Source: Macrostomum lignano
Taxonomy: Eukaryota
Reading direction: 5' to 3'
Length of the DNA stretch: 64,000 nt
NCBI GenBank assembly: GCA_002269645.1
Contig: NIVC01000118.1
Coordinates: 299,413-363,412, forward strand
Below, in pieces: positions 14,589 through 28,475 of this stretch. Both the position numbers and the translations under genes were made by a program. The notes under the pieces were generated by a model. The model was given only the letters and a program-made list of their open reading frames with translations, was not told the origin of the DNA and searched no databases. Every line of letters begins with the position of its first letter. The first letter of the stretch is position 1.

Positions 14589-15222
14589 GCAAGCCGATCC
14601 AGTGCTGGGTGCCGCAGGAATTCTCCAAAGCCTGGGAGGACTTCGCCGAAAACTACTGCTGGGTGTCCAACACGTACTTCCTCTACCCCGACAAGCAGAT
14701 CCCTTCGCCGAGGGATCTTCCCAACGCAAAGTTCATCACCTATTACCAATGGGTGGCCATAGTTCTAGCGGGCCAGGCCATCATTACCTGGATACCGCAC
14801 CTCATCTGGCGGGTGGGAGCGCGCCGGCTGCCCATCCTGATCAAGAACGCTCGGAATGCGGCCATACCAGACTCTGACATTCGTCGGAAAGCGGTGCATT
14901 GCCTGGTGGCGGTGCTGGAAGAGCAAGCCGAGGCCACCAGGCGCTACTTCCGCGTTCGAGGCGTAGTTGAAAAATTTATATTCTGCTTCAGCCCGTCGAT
15001 GCGGCTTACAATACTCTTCCTCATTGTCCGGCTGATGTTTGTCGGCAACGCCATTGGTCAGATCTATTTGATGCAAAAGTTCATCGGCACCAATAGCACT
15101 CTGTTTGGGTACGAAGTGCTCAAAAATCTGATCGAGGGCCGCGACTGGACTGAGACGTCCAATTTTCCCCGGGTGACTTACTGTCACCTGACTATTCGAA
15201 AACTGGGGACCAAGAATCAGAC
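14589..15222 (+). CDS. inx: Innexin A exon 2
   Basis: Acceptor GCAG at 14585-14588. Encodes KPIQCWVPQEF...ENYCWVSNTY...YYQW...FPRVTYC (EL1 Cys pair, YYQW, FPR motifs). Phase-2 donor AC|GTGAGT at 15223. Confidence 0.96.
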
Positions 15223-15267
15223 GTGAGTTGAAAGTTGCTTTGTTTAAGATCGAGTATTCTCTCCGAG

Positions 15268-16035
15268 GAGTGCTTTTCTAGTGGAGTATTTGGTAGTGTT
15301 GAGTGCTCTTCTGGTGAAGTATTTGGTTGTTGAGTGCTTTTCTGCTGGAGTATTTGATTGTTGGGTGCTTTTCTGGTGGAGTATTTGGTTGTTGAGTGCT
15401 TTTCTGGTGGAGCATTTGGATGTTGAGTGCTTTTCTGCTGGAGTATTTGGATGTTGAGTGCTTTTCTGCGGGAGTATTTGGCTGTTGAGTGCTTTTCTGG
15501 TGGAGCATTTGGATGTTAAGTGCTTTTCTGCTGGAGTATTTGGTTGTTGAGTGCTTTTCTGGTGGAGTATTTGGTTGTTGAGTGCTTTTCTGGTGGAGTA
15601 TTTGGATGTTGAGTGCTTTTCTGCTGGAGTATTTGGCTGTTGAGTGCTTTTCTGGTGGAGCATTTGGATGTTGAGTGCTTTTCTGCTGGAGCATTTGGTT
15701 GTGTTGAGTGCTTTTCTGCTGGAGTATCTGGTTGTGTTGAGTGCTTTTCTGCTGGAGTATCTGGTTGTGTTGAGTGCTTTTCTGCTGGAGTATCTGGTTG
15801 TGTTGAGAGCTTTTCTGCTGGAGTATTTGGTTGTGTTGAGTGCTTTTCTGCTGGAGTATTTGGTTGTGTTGAGTGCTTTTCTGCTGGAGTATCTGGTTGT
15901 GTTGAGTGCTTTTCTGGTGGAGTATCTGGTTGTGTTGAGTGCTTTTCTGCTGGAGTATCTGGTTGTTGAGTGCTTTTCTGCTGGAGTATCTGGTTGTGTT
16001 GAGTGCTTTTCTGCTGGAGTATCTGGTTGTTGAGT
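15268..16035. repeat. 31/33-bp minisatellite in inxA intron 2
   Basis: Unit GAGTGCTTTTCTGCTGGAGTATTTGGTTGTT; 33-bp variant in the distal half. Confidence 0.93.
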
Positions 16036-17097
16036 GTTTGGTAAGTGAAGTGGTGGTTAGTGCTTGGTTTTAGGAGTACATTGTCAGATGATTGCATGGC
16101 TGGTGAACTTATTGTTGCCTAAAGACTTTTTCACATGTAGTGCGGGTGTCCTGAGATGTTTTGCGAGTGCAGTGATTACTTGTAGGCTCGGACGCTGTCC
16201 TCAATCGCAAGTGCTGCGGTGGCGGTGCAAAGGACAAAACCGCTATGCAGAGTGCATCTGTGCGTGCCCGCCTTGCTCTCCGATTGCCTCACCATCTGGC
16301 GTCGGATTTGCTGTCCTAAAAATTGCAGTGTAGCCGTGGCAAGAAGCATAATTCCAATAATGCTCCAACTCTCTCTGTCTGTCTCTCTCTCTCTCTTTTT
16401 CCACTTGGCAGTGCGCACTGCTGATAACCAACCGCATATTCGCCACTTGAAAGCGAGCTCGCAGTCGAAGATGGAGGGTTGCAGAAGCAGCTGAACGAAG
16501 GCCAGAGAGGGCTCGCTGAGGGTGGGCGAGAGCGCAAAATTTCAGCGGCCGCATTTCTCGCGTGTCTTCCCTGCCTTCCCCAACCAATTTCCCAGCCTCG
16601 TCCCCTGCATCCTCCTTCTGCTTGAATTTCCTTCTCTCCCACCGGCGCCACGCGGAAGCCGCAGCTTAAGTCGCTCTTCCCATTGCCCCGGCCCTACCCC
16701 GCCCACCCGGCTTTTAAAAGCCCCATTGCACGGCACGGTAGGCCAGAGGGGTATTCCTCTCGATTCAACGGCCCCCATCCTATTCCCCTCTTGTACCGTA
16801 TAGCTGGCTATAATATATCGCGCATTCCCCGCTCTCCCAGAGGGCAAGCGGAGCGAAGAAGGGGGGGTGGCAGCCTGTATGGGATGGAAATGCGAGCTGT
16901 TAATTTCCCTGCCCAGCCTTCGATAAGTGGACGGGAATCGCAGAGGCCCTGGCTTGCCTTTCATCCGTTCCGTTTTGTCCTGAGGGTTCGGCCCGCCTCT
17001 CCTGCCGAAAGAGAACCCAGTTTAAAAATTCCATAGGGATTCTTATACTGTACTGGAGTCGCACCTGGTGCTGAAGTGCATTTGAAGACTGTTTGTG

Positions 17098-17912
17098 TCA
17101 CCATCAGCCATCCGCCCCTCGCAACCAGCCTTCCGGCCCCAGATACCATCAGCCATCCGCCCCCAGCTACCATCAGCCTTTCGCCCCCAGCTACCATCAG
17201 CCATCCGCCCCAACTAACATCAGCCTTCCACCCCAGCTACCATCAGCCATCCGCCCCAACTAACATCAGCCTTCCACCCCAGCTACCATCAGCCATCCGC
17301 CCCAACTAACATCAGCCTTCCACCCCAGCTACCATCAGCCATCCGCCCCAACTAACATCAGCCTTCCACCCCAGCTAACATCAGCCTTTCGCCCCAGCTA
17401 ACATCAACCATCCGCCCCCAGCTACCATCAGCCATCCGCCCCCAGCTACCATCAGCCATCCGCCCCCAGCTAACATCAGCCATCCGCCCCCAGCTAACAT
17501 CAGCCTTCCGCCCCCAGCTACCATCAGCCATCCGCCCCAACTAACATCAGCCTTCCACCCCAGCTAACATCAGCCTTCCACCCCCAGCTAACATCAGCCT
17601 TTCGCCCCAGCTAACATCAGCCATCCACCCCCAGCTACCATCAGCCTTTCGCCCCCAGCTACCATCAGCCATCCGCCCCCAGCTACCATCAGCCATCCGC
17701 CCCCAGCTACCATCAGCCATCCGCCCCCAGCTACCATCAGCCACCCGCCCCCAGCTACCATCAGCCACCCGCCCCCAGCTACCATCAGCCACCCGCCCCC
17801 AGCTACCACCATCAGCCTTCCACCCCCAGCTCCCATCAGCCATCCGCCCCCAGCTACCATCAGCCACCCGCCTCCAGCTACCATCAGCCACCCGCCTCCA
17901 GCTACCATCAAT
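17098..17912. repeat. 24-bp minisatellite in inxA intron 2, ~34 copies
   Basis: Unit CCATCAGCCATCCGCCCCCAGCTA. Confidence 0.93.
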
Positions 17913-18587
17913 CCAATCCAATCAATCACATTCGATGCTGGACTCATAACAGTGGTATTATACCACCAGAGAAACCGTGCATATTTACACACTGACAGAA
18001 ACTATTAGTGAAAACTTTCCCGCCCCATTTTTCTCCCGAGGCCTGCAGTAGGTGGATAAATATAAAGAGTAGGAAGCGTTGAGTGGCACTTCTCTTATTC
18101 GTCTGGGCGCTTGTTTGGCAACCGTACGGGTGCCTGCGTGTGAAGAGTCGAACGACTCAAGCCAGCTAGTTTCTGAGGAGAAGAGGTAAGGGGAGAGAGA
18201 GACAGTGACTGCGGCTGCCTCCACGGATCCCCTCCGGACTTGAAAGTCGACCCCAGCCCTGACGTGGAGCGGAAGAACAGACCCTAACCGGAGAACCGCA
18301 AGGAGAAGTAGTGAAAAAAGTGAGTGGCTTTCTCCCTCTTTCAGGCAGTGCACGACAATAGTTTAAAGAAGAAAGGAAGTTTAAGAGGTCCGTCTTAGCA
18401 GCGAGCGTATCAGGAAACCGTGTTTACCATTGGCCTTCAACGGTTCAACAATGAGGAGAGAAAAAAGCATGCTTCGACACAAAGAGACCCATGGCTGGAC
18501 GAAGTTTAGAGACTTTGATTGAACCTGTTATGAGGTCGATGCGGGGTTCCTTTAAGATCTATTGGGCCTTCTAGAGTTTGCGCCTTC

Positions 18588-20475
18588 TAGACCTACCAGA
18601 CCCACTAGACCTACCAGACCTACCAGATCTACCAGACCCACTAGACCTACCAGACCCACTAGACCTACCAGACCTACCAGATCTACCAGACCTACCAGAT
18701 CTACCAGACCCACTAGACCTACCAGACCCACTAGACCTACCAGACACATTAAACCTACCAGACACACTAGACCTACCAGACCCACTAGACCTACCAGACC
18801 CACTAGACCTACCAGACCCACTAGACCTACCAGACCCACTAGACCTACCAGACCCAATAGACCTACCAGACCCACTAGACCTACCAGACCCACTAGACCT
18901 ACCAGACCCACTAGACCTACCAGACCCACTAGACCTACCAGACCCTCTAGACCTACCAGACCCTCTAGACCTACCAGACCCACTAGACCTACCAGACCCA
19001 CTAGACCTACCAGACACACTAGACCTACCAGACACACTAGACCTACCAGACACACTAGACCTACCAGACCCACTAGACCTACCAGACCCACTAGACCTAC
19101 CAGACACACTAGACCTACCAGACACACTAGACCTACCAGACACACTAGACCTACCAGACCCACTAGACCTACCAGACCCACTAGACCTACCAGACCCACT
19201 AGACCTACCAGACCCACTAGACCTACCAGACCCACTAAACCTACCAGACCCTCTAAACCTATCAGACATACCAGACCTACCAGACCCACTAGACCTACCA
19301 GACGTACCAGACCTACCAGACCTGCCAGACCTACCAGACCCACTAGACCTGCCAGACCCACTAGACCTACCAGACCCACTAGACCTACCAGACCCACTAG
19401 ACCTACCAGACCCACTAGACCTACCAGACCCACTAGACCTACCAGACCCACTAGACCTACCAGACCCACTAGACCTACCAGACCCACTAGACCTACCAGA
19501 CCCACTAAACCTACCAGACCCTCTAAACCTATCAGACATACCAGACCTACCAGACCCACTAGACCTACCAGACGTACCAGACCTACCAGACCTGCCAGAC
19601 CTACCAGACACACTAGACCTACCAGACCCACTAGACCTACCAGACCCACTAGACCTACCAGACCCACTAGACCTACCAGACCCACTAGACCTACCAGACC
19701 CACTAGACCTACCAGACCCACTAGACCTACCAGACCCACTAGACCTACCAGACCCACTAGACCTACCAGACCCACTAGACCTACCAGACCCTCTAGACCT
19801 ACCAGACCCTCTAGACCTACCAGACCCACTAGACCTACCAGACCCACTAGACCTACCAGACACACTAGACCTACCAGACACACTAGACCTACCAGACACA
19901 CTAGACCTACCAGACCCACTAGACCTACCAGACCCACTAGACCTACCAGACACACTAGACCTACCAGACACACTAGACCTACCAGACACACTAGACCTAC
20001 CAGACCCACTAGACCTACCAGACCCACTAGACCTACCAGACCCTCTAGACCTACCAGACCCACTAGACCTACCAGACCCACTAAACCTACCAGACCCTCT
20101 AAACCTATCAGACATACCAGACCTACCAGACCCACTAGACCTACCAGACGTACCAGACCTACCAGACCTGCCAGACCTACCAGACCCACTAGACCTACCA
20201 GACACACTAGATCTACCAGACCCTCCAGACCTACCAGACCCACTAGACCTGCCAGACCCACTTGACCTACCAGACCCACTAGACCTACCAGACCCACTAG
20301 ACCTACCAGACCCACTAGACCTACCAGACCCACTAGACCTGCCAGACCCACTTGACCTACCAGACCCACTAGACCTACCAGACCCACTAGACCTACCAGA
20401 CCCACTAGACCTACCAGACCCACTAGACCAGACACACTAGACTTGCCAGACCCACAAAACCTACCAGACCCCTCA
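18588..20475. repeat. 9/18-bp minisatellite in inxA intron 2, ~105 x 18 bp
   Basis: Unit AGACCTACCAGACCCACT. Confidence 0.95.
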
Positions 20476-21091
20476 AGGTCTGCCTACAGTATCTACATTA
20501 CTAGATCTAACAGACTGTATATTATCTACTAGACCCTGATAGACCTAATTACGACCTAAAAAGTAACCTTATTTACCGTTATATTAAATGTGTTTTAATT
20601 AACCTGACCAAACGGCTTTAGACACAATCAACGCAGCAAATGCTAAAAATTGTTTCCGACCCCTTCCTGATAATTATTTCTTCAACAAAACGATCGGCCA
20701 AAGCAATTAGCCTCAAACATGCAACCTAAAGGCCGGAGAGGACAATTCTCTTAAAGAGGCTTTGGGAGCTGCCAGAAAGAAACAGTTTTTACGGCTTCTC
20801 TTGAATTCAATTCGTCACGAACTACTGTTTCTTTCATTTTATGTCCCTCCTGGCAACCGAACACTGGGCTAGTTAGCCATTGTAGGTGAGCGCGAGAAAT
20901 AGCGACTCGCGGCCAGGTGAAAGTGTGCGAAGCTTAATTCGTTTTTAACTTATTTATCAATCAAATTAAAATAAATGTCCTTTCTTCTCTACTTCAAGTA
21001 ATCCAGTTGATCGAGTTTATTGTTACAAAAAATCCGAAATTGTTTTAAGCAAAATATCACGATTCGACTGCCAGAGAGCATAAGTGCGTGA

Positions 21092-22040
21092 TAGGGCTGC
21101 TGTGTACAGCTGTGTGTTAGTGTGTGTCTGAGTAGACAGGGCTGCTGTGTACAGCTGTGTGTTAGTGTGTTCCTGAGTAGACAGGGCTGCTGTGTACAGC
21201 TGTGTGTTAGTGTGTGTCTGAGTAGACAGGGCTGCTGTGTACAGCTGTGTGTTAGTGTGTGCCTGAGTAGACAGGGCTGCTGTGTACAGCTGTGTGTTAG
21301 TGTGTTCCTGAGTAGACAGGGCTGCTGTGTACAGCTGTGTGTTAGTGTGTGTCTGAGTAGACAGGGCTGCTGTGTACAGCTGTGTGTTAGTGTGTTCCTG
21401 AGTAGACAGGGCTGCTGTGTACAGCTGTGTGTTAGTGTGTTCCTGAGTAGACAGGGCTGCTGTGTACAGCTGTGTGTTAGTGTGTTCCTGAGTAGACAGG
21501 GCTGCTGTGTACAGCTGTGTGTTAGTGTGTTCCTGAGTAGACAGGGCTGCTGTGTACAGCTGTGTGTTAGTGTGTTCCTGAGTAGACAGGGCTGCTGTGT
21601 ACAGCTGTGTATTAGTGTGTGCCAGAGTAGACAGGGCTGTTGTGTACAGCTGTGTATTAGTGTGTTCCTGAGTAGACAGGGCTGCTGTGTACAGCTGTGT
21701 GTTAGTGTGTTCCTGAGTAGACAGGGCTGTTGTGTACAGCTGTGTATTAGTGTGTGTCTGAGTAGACAGGGCTGCTGTGTACAGCTGTGTGTTAGTGTGT
21801 GTCTGAGTAGACAGGGCTGCTGTGTACAGCTGTGTGTAGTGTGTTCCTGAGTAGACAGGGCTGCTGTGTACAGCTGTGTGTTAGTGTGTTCCTGAGTAGA
21901 CAGGGCTGCTGTGTACAGCTGTGTGTTAGTGTGTGTCTGAGTAGACAGGGCTGCTGTGTACAGCTGTGTATTAGTGTGTGCCTGAGTAGACAGGGCTGCT
22001 GTGTACAGCTGTGTGTTAGTGTGTTCCTGAGTAGACAGGG
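21092..22040. repeat. 45-bp minisatellite in inxA intron 2, ~21 copies
   Basis: Unit GAGTAGACAGGGCTGCTGTGTACAGCTGTGTGTTAGTGTGTTCCT. Confidence 0.95.
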
Positions 22041-22113
22041 ACGCCTCGAAACGGACGGACCCTCTGCGACTAACCCAGCAAACCATCTGGAATAAAATCC
22101 CCTTTGCTTCCAG

Positions 22114-22522
22114 GTTTACACTGCAATGCGTTCTGCCAATCAATCACTTTGTCGAGAAAGTGTACGTCTTCCTTTGGTTCTGGTACATTATCCTTGGCGT
22201 TCTCACACTGCTCAGCACCATCATTTGGATGCTTCGAATCCTGATCCCCGGTGGAAGAGTGGCCTACATCAAGCAATACCTCCGAGCAATGAAGCTGATC
22301 TCGAACACGGAAGATCGCGACTGCAAACGGTTCGTGGCCAACTCGCTGGGTCCTGACGGGGTGTTCATCCTGCAGGCGGTGTCCAGCCTCGCCAGCGACC
22401 TCATCTCTCTTGACGTGGCCGCGACTCTGTGGAGAAACTACCGACAGGCCAAAATCACCGGAGCAGAGGAGGACGTTAACAGACTGTTGGAGAGCGTGAA
22501 CAGAGGGACCAGTGTTGTATAA
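22114..22522 (+). CDS. inx: Innexin A exon 3 (terminal)
   Basis: Acceptor TTGCTTCCAG ends 22113. Encodes FTLQCVLPINHFVEKVYVFLWFWY...LGPDGVFIL...RGTSVV*. Joined CDS is 1194 nt and in frame. AATAAA at 22664. Confidence 0.95.
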
Positions 22523-22779
22523 AGTCACCTCTTTCACCAAACGCTCCGAATCCCACTTTGAAAACCACCTGAGCCAATCCTTAAGCACTTCTGTACATGC
22601 TCCGACCCCGGACCCTCGGTATTTCAGTCTCAAAGAATTAGAAGTAAGGCCATGAGCACAAATAATAAATTGTATTCAAGCTCGATTCTATCTGGTTCAA
22701 GTACGCGGCAATCTCTATACATACTAAGAGACAGGACGTTCACGACAGGACGACAGTGATGCCCCTCACCTAAAAGACA

Positions 22780-23222
22780 GGGACGTTCACCTAAGAGACA
22801 GGGGCGCCAACCTAAGAGACAAGGGCACCAACCTAAGAGACCGGGGCGCCAACCTAAGAGACATGGGCACCAACCTAAGAGACAGGGGCGCCAACCTAAG
22901 AGACATGTTGGCGCCAACCTAAGAGACAGAGACACCAACCTAAGAGACAGGGACACCAACCTAAGAGACAGGGGCGCCAACCTAAGAGACAGGGGCGCCA
23001 ACCTAAGAGACAGGGGTGCCAACCTAAGAGACCGGGGCGCCAACCTAAGAGACAGGGGCACCAACCTAAGAGACAGGGGCACCAACCTAAGAGACATGGG
23101 CGCCAACCTAAGAGACAGGGGCGCCAACCTAAGAGACAGGGGCGCCAACCTAAGAGACAGGGGCACCAACCTAAGAGACAGGGGCACCAACCTAAGAGAC
23201 ATGTGGGCGCCAACCTAAGAGA
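22780..23222. repeat. 21-bp minisatellite 3' of inxA
   Basis: Unit CCAACCTAAGAGACAGGGGCG. Confidence 0.92.
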
Positions 23223-24419
23223 CCACCAAAAGACTACATAAGTGACGCAAGGCCGCACCCGCAGTTTGCCTGTCTCATTTTTCTTGAAAAGCAGCTCAAA
23301 GGCCCTGAGTTCGTGCCAACAGTCAAGATAAGCTGTTCGAAACTTCATGCCCCAACTGTCAGCCTCCCGTTTCCTTTAATTATTACCTCTCAATTTTTGT
23401 TTCCTTCTGTCTGTCATAAAATTCGTACCTCTTCCCCTCAAAGATTCATACAGAGAGGCATTTGAGAGATTTACCTTTGGTCATAAACTTTGCTTTGTAT
23501 ATTCTTGAGTGAAATAGGAACTGATATTTAACAAATATTCACCGATGTGCATGTGAGATAGTGTGCTTATTCTGTGAAATATATTTTTTCAGTTTATCTT
23601 CAAAGCGAACTGTATAATAACCAAGTATTCTCACTGCCCATGCAATCTGTTTATTTAGCAAACATTCTGCCACTTTGCCATCATAATTCATCGGCAGAAA
23701 CAATATGTTAGCAGCCTGTTTTGTGCGTTTTTTGTTCTACTTAATACTCTTTATATACTACTTATTTTATGCCAGTATTAGGGTCGGACTTGGACAGTAT
23801 GGGGCAACTTCTATCTTGCTAACCAAAAGGCGCCACTTGTGCTAACCGCGTCATTTCGATAATTCATTTATTAAATCTTAATTTTGTCTCTGCGTTCACA
23901 CCTTGGCAATTATACTAACTTTTATTTCATAATCTCATGTTCCGTTCACAGCCGTGTGCATTGGATTTTAACTGTGGAACTTTTGCACTATACTGTGGGC
24001 TATTTTTTATAAAAAATATTTAACTTCTCTATTTTGCTCGTCTCTCACCAATATTTATTAATTATTACTGACACCAAGCACTCTATTTATTAGTTTGTTT
24101 TCGATTAAATTCTACAGGTATTTTTAGTGTTTTATTTTTTGTTTTAAATTTGCGCCAGATTCTAAAATAAATAGTGACAATTTTAACCGATCTCGTAAAA
24201 CTGTAAAATTCTGTTATCTGTTCCCATTTGTTTGCTCTTTTGTTGGTTAAGAATTTAGACCATTTTTATTTTAAATAAATCATGTATTTGCATACTGTGA
24301 CTTGCTTTTTAGGCTTTGAATCTAATTTTTTAATCTAGTTTTCTGGGAACTTCCTGTGCCAAATCTGACCTGTCACCCTCCATCAGTTCCCCCTCTCACT
24401 ACTCCCTACGAGTCACACC

Positions 24420-25045
24420 TCCCCTTCCCCTCCTCTCCCCTCCCCCTCCCCTCTCCCTCCTCTCTCCCCCTCCCCTCTTCCTCCTCTCTCCCTTCCCCTC
24501 CTCTCTCCCTCCCCCTCCCCTTCCCTCCTCTCTCCCTCCCCTCCCCTCTCCCTCCTCTCTCCCTCCCCCTCCCTCTCCCTCCTCTCTCCCTCCCCCTCCC
24601 CTCTTCCTCCTCTCTCCCTTCCCCTCCTCTCTCCCTCCCCTCCCCTTCCCCTCCTCTCTCCCTCCCCCTCCCCTCTCCCTCCTCTCTCCCTCCCCCTCCC
24701 CTCTTCCTCCTCTCTCCCTTCCCCTCCTCTCTCCCTCCCCCTCCCCTCTTCCTCCTCTCTCCCTTCCCCTCCTCTCTCCTCCCCCTCCCCTCTCCCTCTT
24801 CTCTCTATTCTGTCTCCCTTCCTCTTCCTCCTCTCCTCTCTCCCTCCTCTCTACCTCTCTCTTCCTCTCCTTTCCTCTCTCCCTCCTCTCTCCTTCCTCT
24901 CTTCTGTTTCCCTCTCTCCTCTCCTCTCTCCCTCCTCTCTACCTTCCTCTTCCTCTCCTCCCTCTCTCCCTCTCCTCTCCCTCTTCCTCCTCTCCTCTCT
25001 TCTGTCACCCTTCCTCTTCCTCCCCTCCTCTCTCATCCTCATCTC
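24420..25045. repeat. CT-rich low-complexity tract
   Basis: CCTCTCTCCCTCCCCCTC-type units. Confidence 0.9.
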
Positions 25046-25369
25046 GTCTGTCTCTCTTCAGCCGTGAGCAGTGAGTGCAGGATAGGCTAACGACAGAAAC
25101 AATTTGAAGAAGTTCTCTTCTACGAGCAGAAATATGAGTCGGAAAATGCCTTGGTCGAGAGCCTGAGAAAAGTTCACATATTGATCCAATGTGCGCCGGG
25201 ATTGATCCAGCTATAACATGGATCATGGATCAATCCTGCTAGGCGAAATTCTGGCGCGAGCATTAAAACTTAATGAGCACTGCTTACTGATGCACAGCAC
25301 AGAAGAATGAGCACCCAGCTTAATAGGCCACGGTTGTCTTGCTTGTGCAGAAATTTATACCTTCACTCC

Positions 25370-27485
25370 ATGTACCCCTCACTGCCCGCTATCTGCACCC
25401 CTCACTCCCGCTATCTGCACCCCTCACTCCCTGCTATCTGCACCCCTCACTGCCCGCTATCTGCACCCCTCACTGCCCGCTATCTGCACCCCTCACTGCC
25501 CGCTATCTGCACCCCTCACTCCCCGCTATCTGCACCCCTCACTGCCCGCTATCTGCACCCCTCACTGCCCGCTATCTGCACCCCTCACTGCCCGCTATCT
25601 ACACCCCTCACTGCCCGCTATCTGCACCCCTCACTGCCCGCTATCTGCACCCCTCACTGCCCGCTATCTGCATCCCTCACTGCCCGCTATCTGCACCCCT
25701 CACTGCCCGCTATCTGCACCCCTCACTGCCCGCTATCTGCACCCCTCACTGCCCGCTATCTGCACCCCTCACTGCCCGCTATCTACCCCTCACTGCCCGC
25801 TATCTGCATCCCTCACTGCCCGCTATCTGCACCCCTCACTGCCCGCTATCTGCACCCCTCACTGCCCGCTATCTGCACCCCTCACTGCCCGCTATCTGCA
25901 TCCCTCACTGCCCGCTATCTGCACCCCTCACTCCCCGCTATCTGCACCCCTCATTCCCCGCTATCTGCACCCCTCACTCCCCGCTATCTGCACCCCTCAA
26001 TCCTCGCTATCTGCACCCCTCACTCCCGCTATCTGCACCCCTGACTCCCAGCTATTTGCACCCCTTACTCCCGCTATCTGCACCCCTCAATCCTCGCTAT
26101 TTGCACCCCTCACTCCCCGCTATCTGCACCCCTCACTGCCCGCTATCTGCACCCCTCACTCCCCGCTATCTGCACCCCTCAATCCTCGCTATCTGCACCC
26201 CTCACTCCCTGCTATCTGCACCCCTCACTCCCCGATATCTGCACCCCTCACTCCCTGCTATCTGCACCCCTCACTCCCTGCTATCTGCACCCCTCACTCC
26301 CCGCTATCTGCACCCCTCACTGCCCGCTATCTGCACCCCTCACTGCCCGCTATCTGCACCCCTCACTGCCCGCTATCTGCATCCCTCACTGCCCGCTATC
26401 TGCACCCCTCACTGCCCGCTATCTGCACCCCTCACTGCCCGCTATCTGCACCCCTCACTGCCCGCTATCTGCACCCCTCACTGCCCGCTATCTGCACCCC
26501 TCACTCCCCGCTATCTGCACCCCTCATTCCCTGCTATCTGCACCCCTCAATCCTCGCTATCTGCACCCCTCACTCCCGCTATCTGCACCCCTGACTCCCA
26601 GCTATTTGCACCCATTACTCCCGCTATCTGCACCCCTCAATCCTCGCTATTTGCACCCCTCACTCCCCGCTATCTGCACCCCTCACTGCCCGCTATCTGC
26701 ACCCCTCACTCCCCGCTATCTGCACCCCTCAATCCCCGCTATCTGCACCCCTCACTGCCCGCTATCTGCACCCCTCACTCCCCGATATCTGCACCCCTCA
26801 CTCCCTGCTATCTGCACCCCTCACTCCCTGCTATCTGCACCCCTCACTCCCCGCTATCTGCACCCCTCACTCCCCGCTATCTGCACCCCTCACTCCCCGC
26901 TATCTGCACCCCTCACTCCCCGCTATCTGCACCCCTCACTCCCCGCTATCTGCACCCCTCACTGCCCGCTATCTGCACCCCTCACTCCCCGCTATCTGCA
27001 CCCCTCACTGCCCGCTATCTGCACCCCTCACTGCCCGCTATCTGCACCCCTCACTCCCCGCTATCTGCACCCCTCACTGCCCGCTATCTGCACCCCTCAC
27101 TCCCCGCTATCTGCACCCCTCACTCCCCGCTATCTGCACCCCTCACTCCCCGCTATCTGCACCCCTCACTGCCCGCTATCTGCACCCCTCACTCCCCGCT
27201 ATCTGCACCCCTCACTCCCCGCTATCTGCACCCCTCACTGCCCGCTATCTGCACCCCTCACTCCCGCTATCTGCACCCCTCACTCCCCGCTATCTGCACC
27301 CCTCACTGCCCGCTATCTGCACCCCTCACTCCCCGCTATCTGCACCCCTCACTCCCCGCTATCTGCACCCCTCACTCCCCGCTATCTGCACCCCTCACTC
27401 CCCGCTATCTGCACCCCTCACTCCCCGCTATCTGCACCCCTCACTCCCCGCTATCTGCACCCCTCACTCCCCGCTATCTGCACTA
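25370..27485. repeat. 23-bp minisatellite, ~90 copies
   Basis: Unit GCTATCTGCACCCCTCACTGCCC. Confidence 0.95.
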
Positions 27486-28475
27486 TTATATGAAAATATT
27501 CAGCTTGAATTGCACATCTTACGTACTACCCGCGCTAAGTTCTTTTTACATGTAAAAATGAAAGAATGCTTCTTTTAAAATGCTTAACAGCCGTCGCAGA
27601 ATTTAATTTGCCGATGAAGGGATCTCCCGCTACTCTGCATCCTCATCCGCTCTCGCTAAAGTACACGCGCGCGGACGTGACAGGCCAGGGCGAGCGCGAG
27701 GCGTTGTGTGCTAATGAATAGCCGGGCGGCAGATAAGCATGGAACTGGCTCAACAATGCCCCCCTCCCCCTCCCTTGAGCCGGGTACTCAAAAAAATCCT
27801 ATAGTTAATTCTATAGTCCTGGAAGAGAGGAGAGAGGAGTTATCTCTCAGTGCAGAGTTAGGGGAGATGAGGAAGGGAGAGTCAGACAGCAGACCTGAGC
27901 TCGCGCCCTGCACGGCAAGATTGATCCCATCACACACACACACACACACACGGAGCTCAGCTGGAATTAAGAAAAACATTTTTCCTACGCCGCCATGCAT
28001 ACGGGACGGTTGCTGGGCGTTGCCAAAATGGGGGACGAAATGCAGCTGGAGAGTGGAGAACTGAGCAAAGAGACGATGAGGGAAGGGAAAACGGAGAAGG
28101 AAAAGGCGATGGAGAGAGAGAAGGGGACACACGGGGGAGTCTGGGAGACACACACGGGCGCATTTACAGGTCCCATTGGACGCCCTTCCCCAATGCCCTC
28201 CGAGGCCTATAGAGCCGATGCAGGGGCCCGACTCCTTGCAGGCTAAATATCCCAAACTATACCGGGGCTTCTCAACAATAAAATTGGATCTCGAACTGAC
28301 CCATAGCAACGGCAGATTCTCTTGAAAATCGACCAATAACCGGTAATTAATCAAATTGCTTGGCTCCCAATTCTAACTTGCTTGTTTGCTTCAAGTACTT
28401 TCTTCGTTTTAATGCCAGTGCGGGCTTCTTGCTGTCTCGCCATCGTTTCAGAGGCTCGAATAAGCTGCAGCAGTC

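Noticed and set aside
18552-20440. Four long ORFs (VGL, RPT, SGRS, DLP repeats; 544-627 aa), including a collagen-like Gly-X-Y reading
   Set aside because: They arise from a stop-free 18-bp unit inside inxA intron 2. They are open on both strands, and variants break the Gly periodicity.
25307-27555. 738-aa and other long ORFs
   Set aside because: Translations of a 23-bp minisatellite cycling through frames; no domain or splice context.
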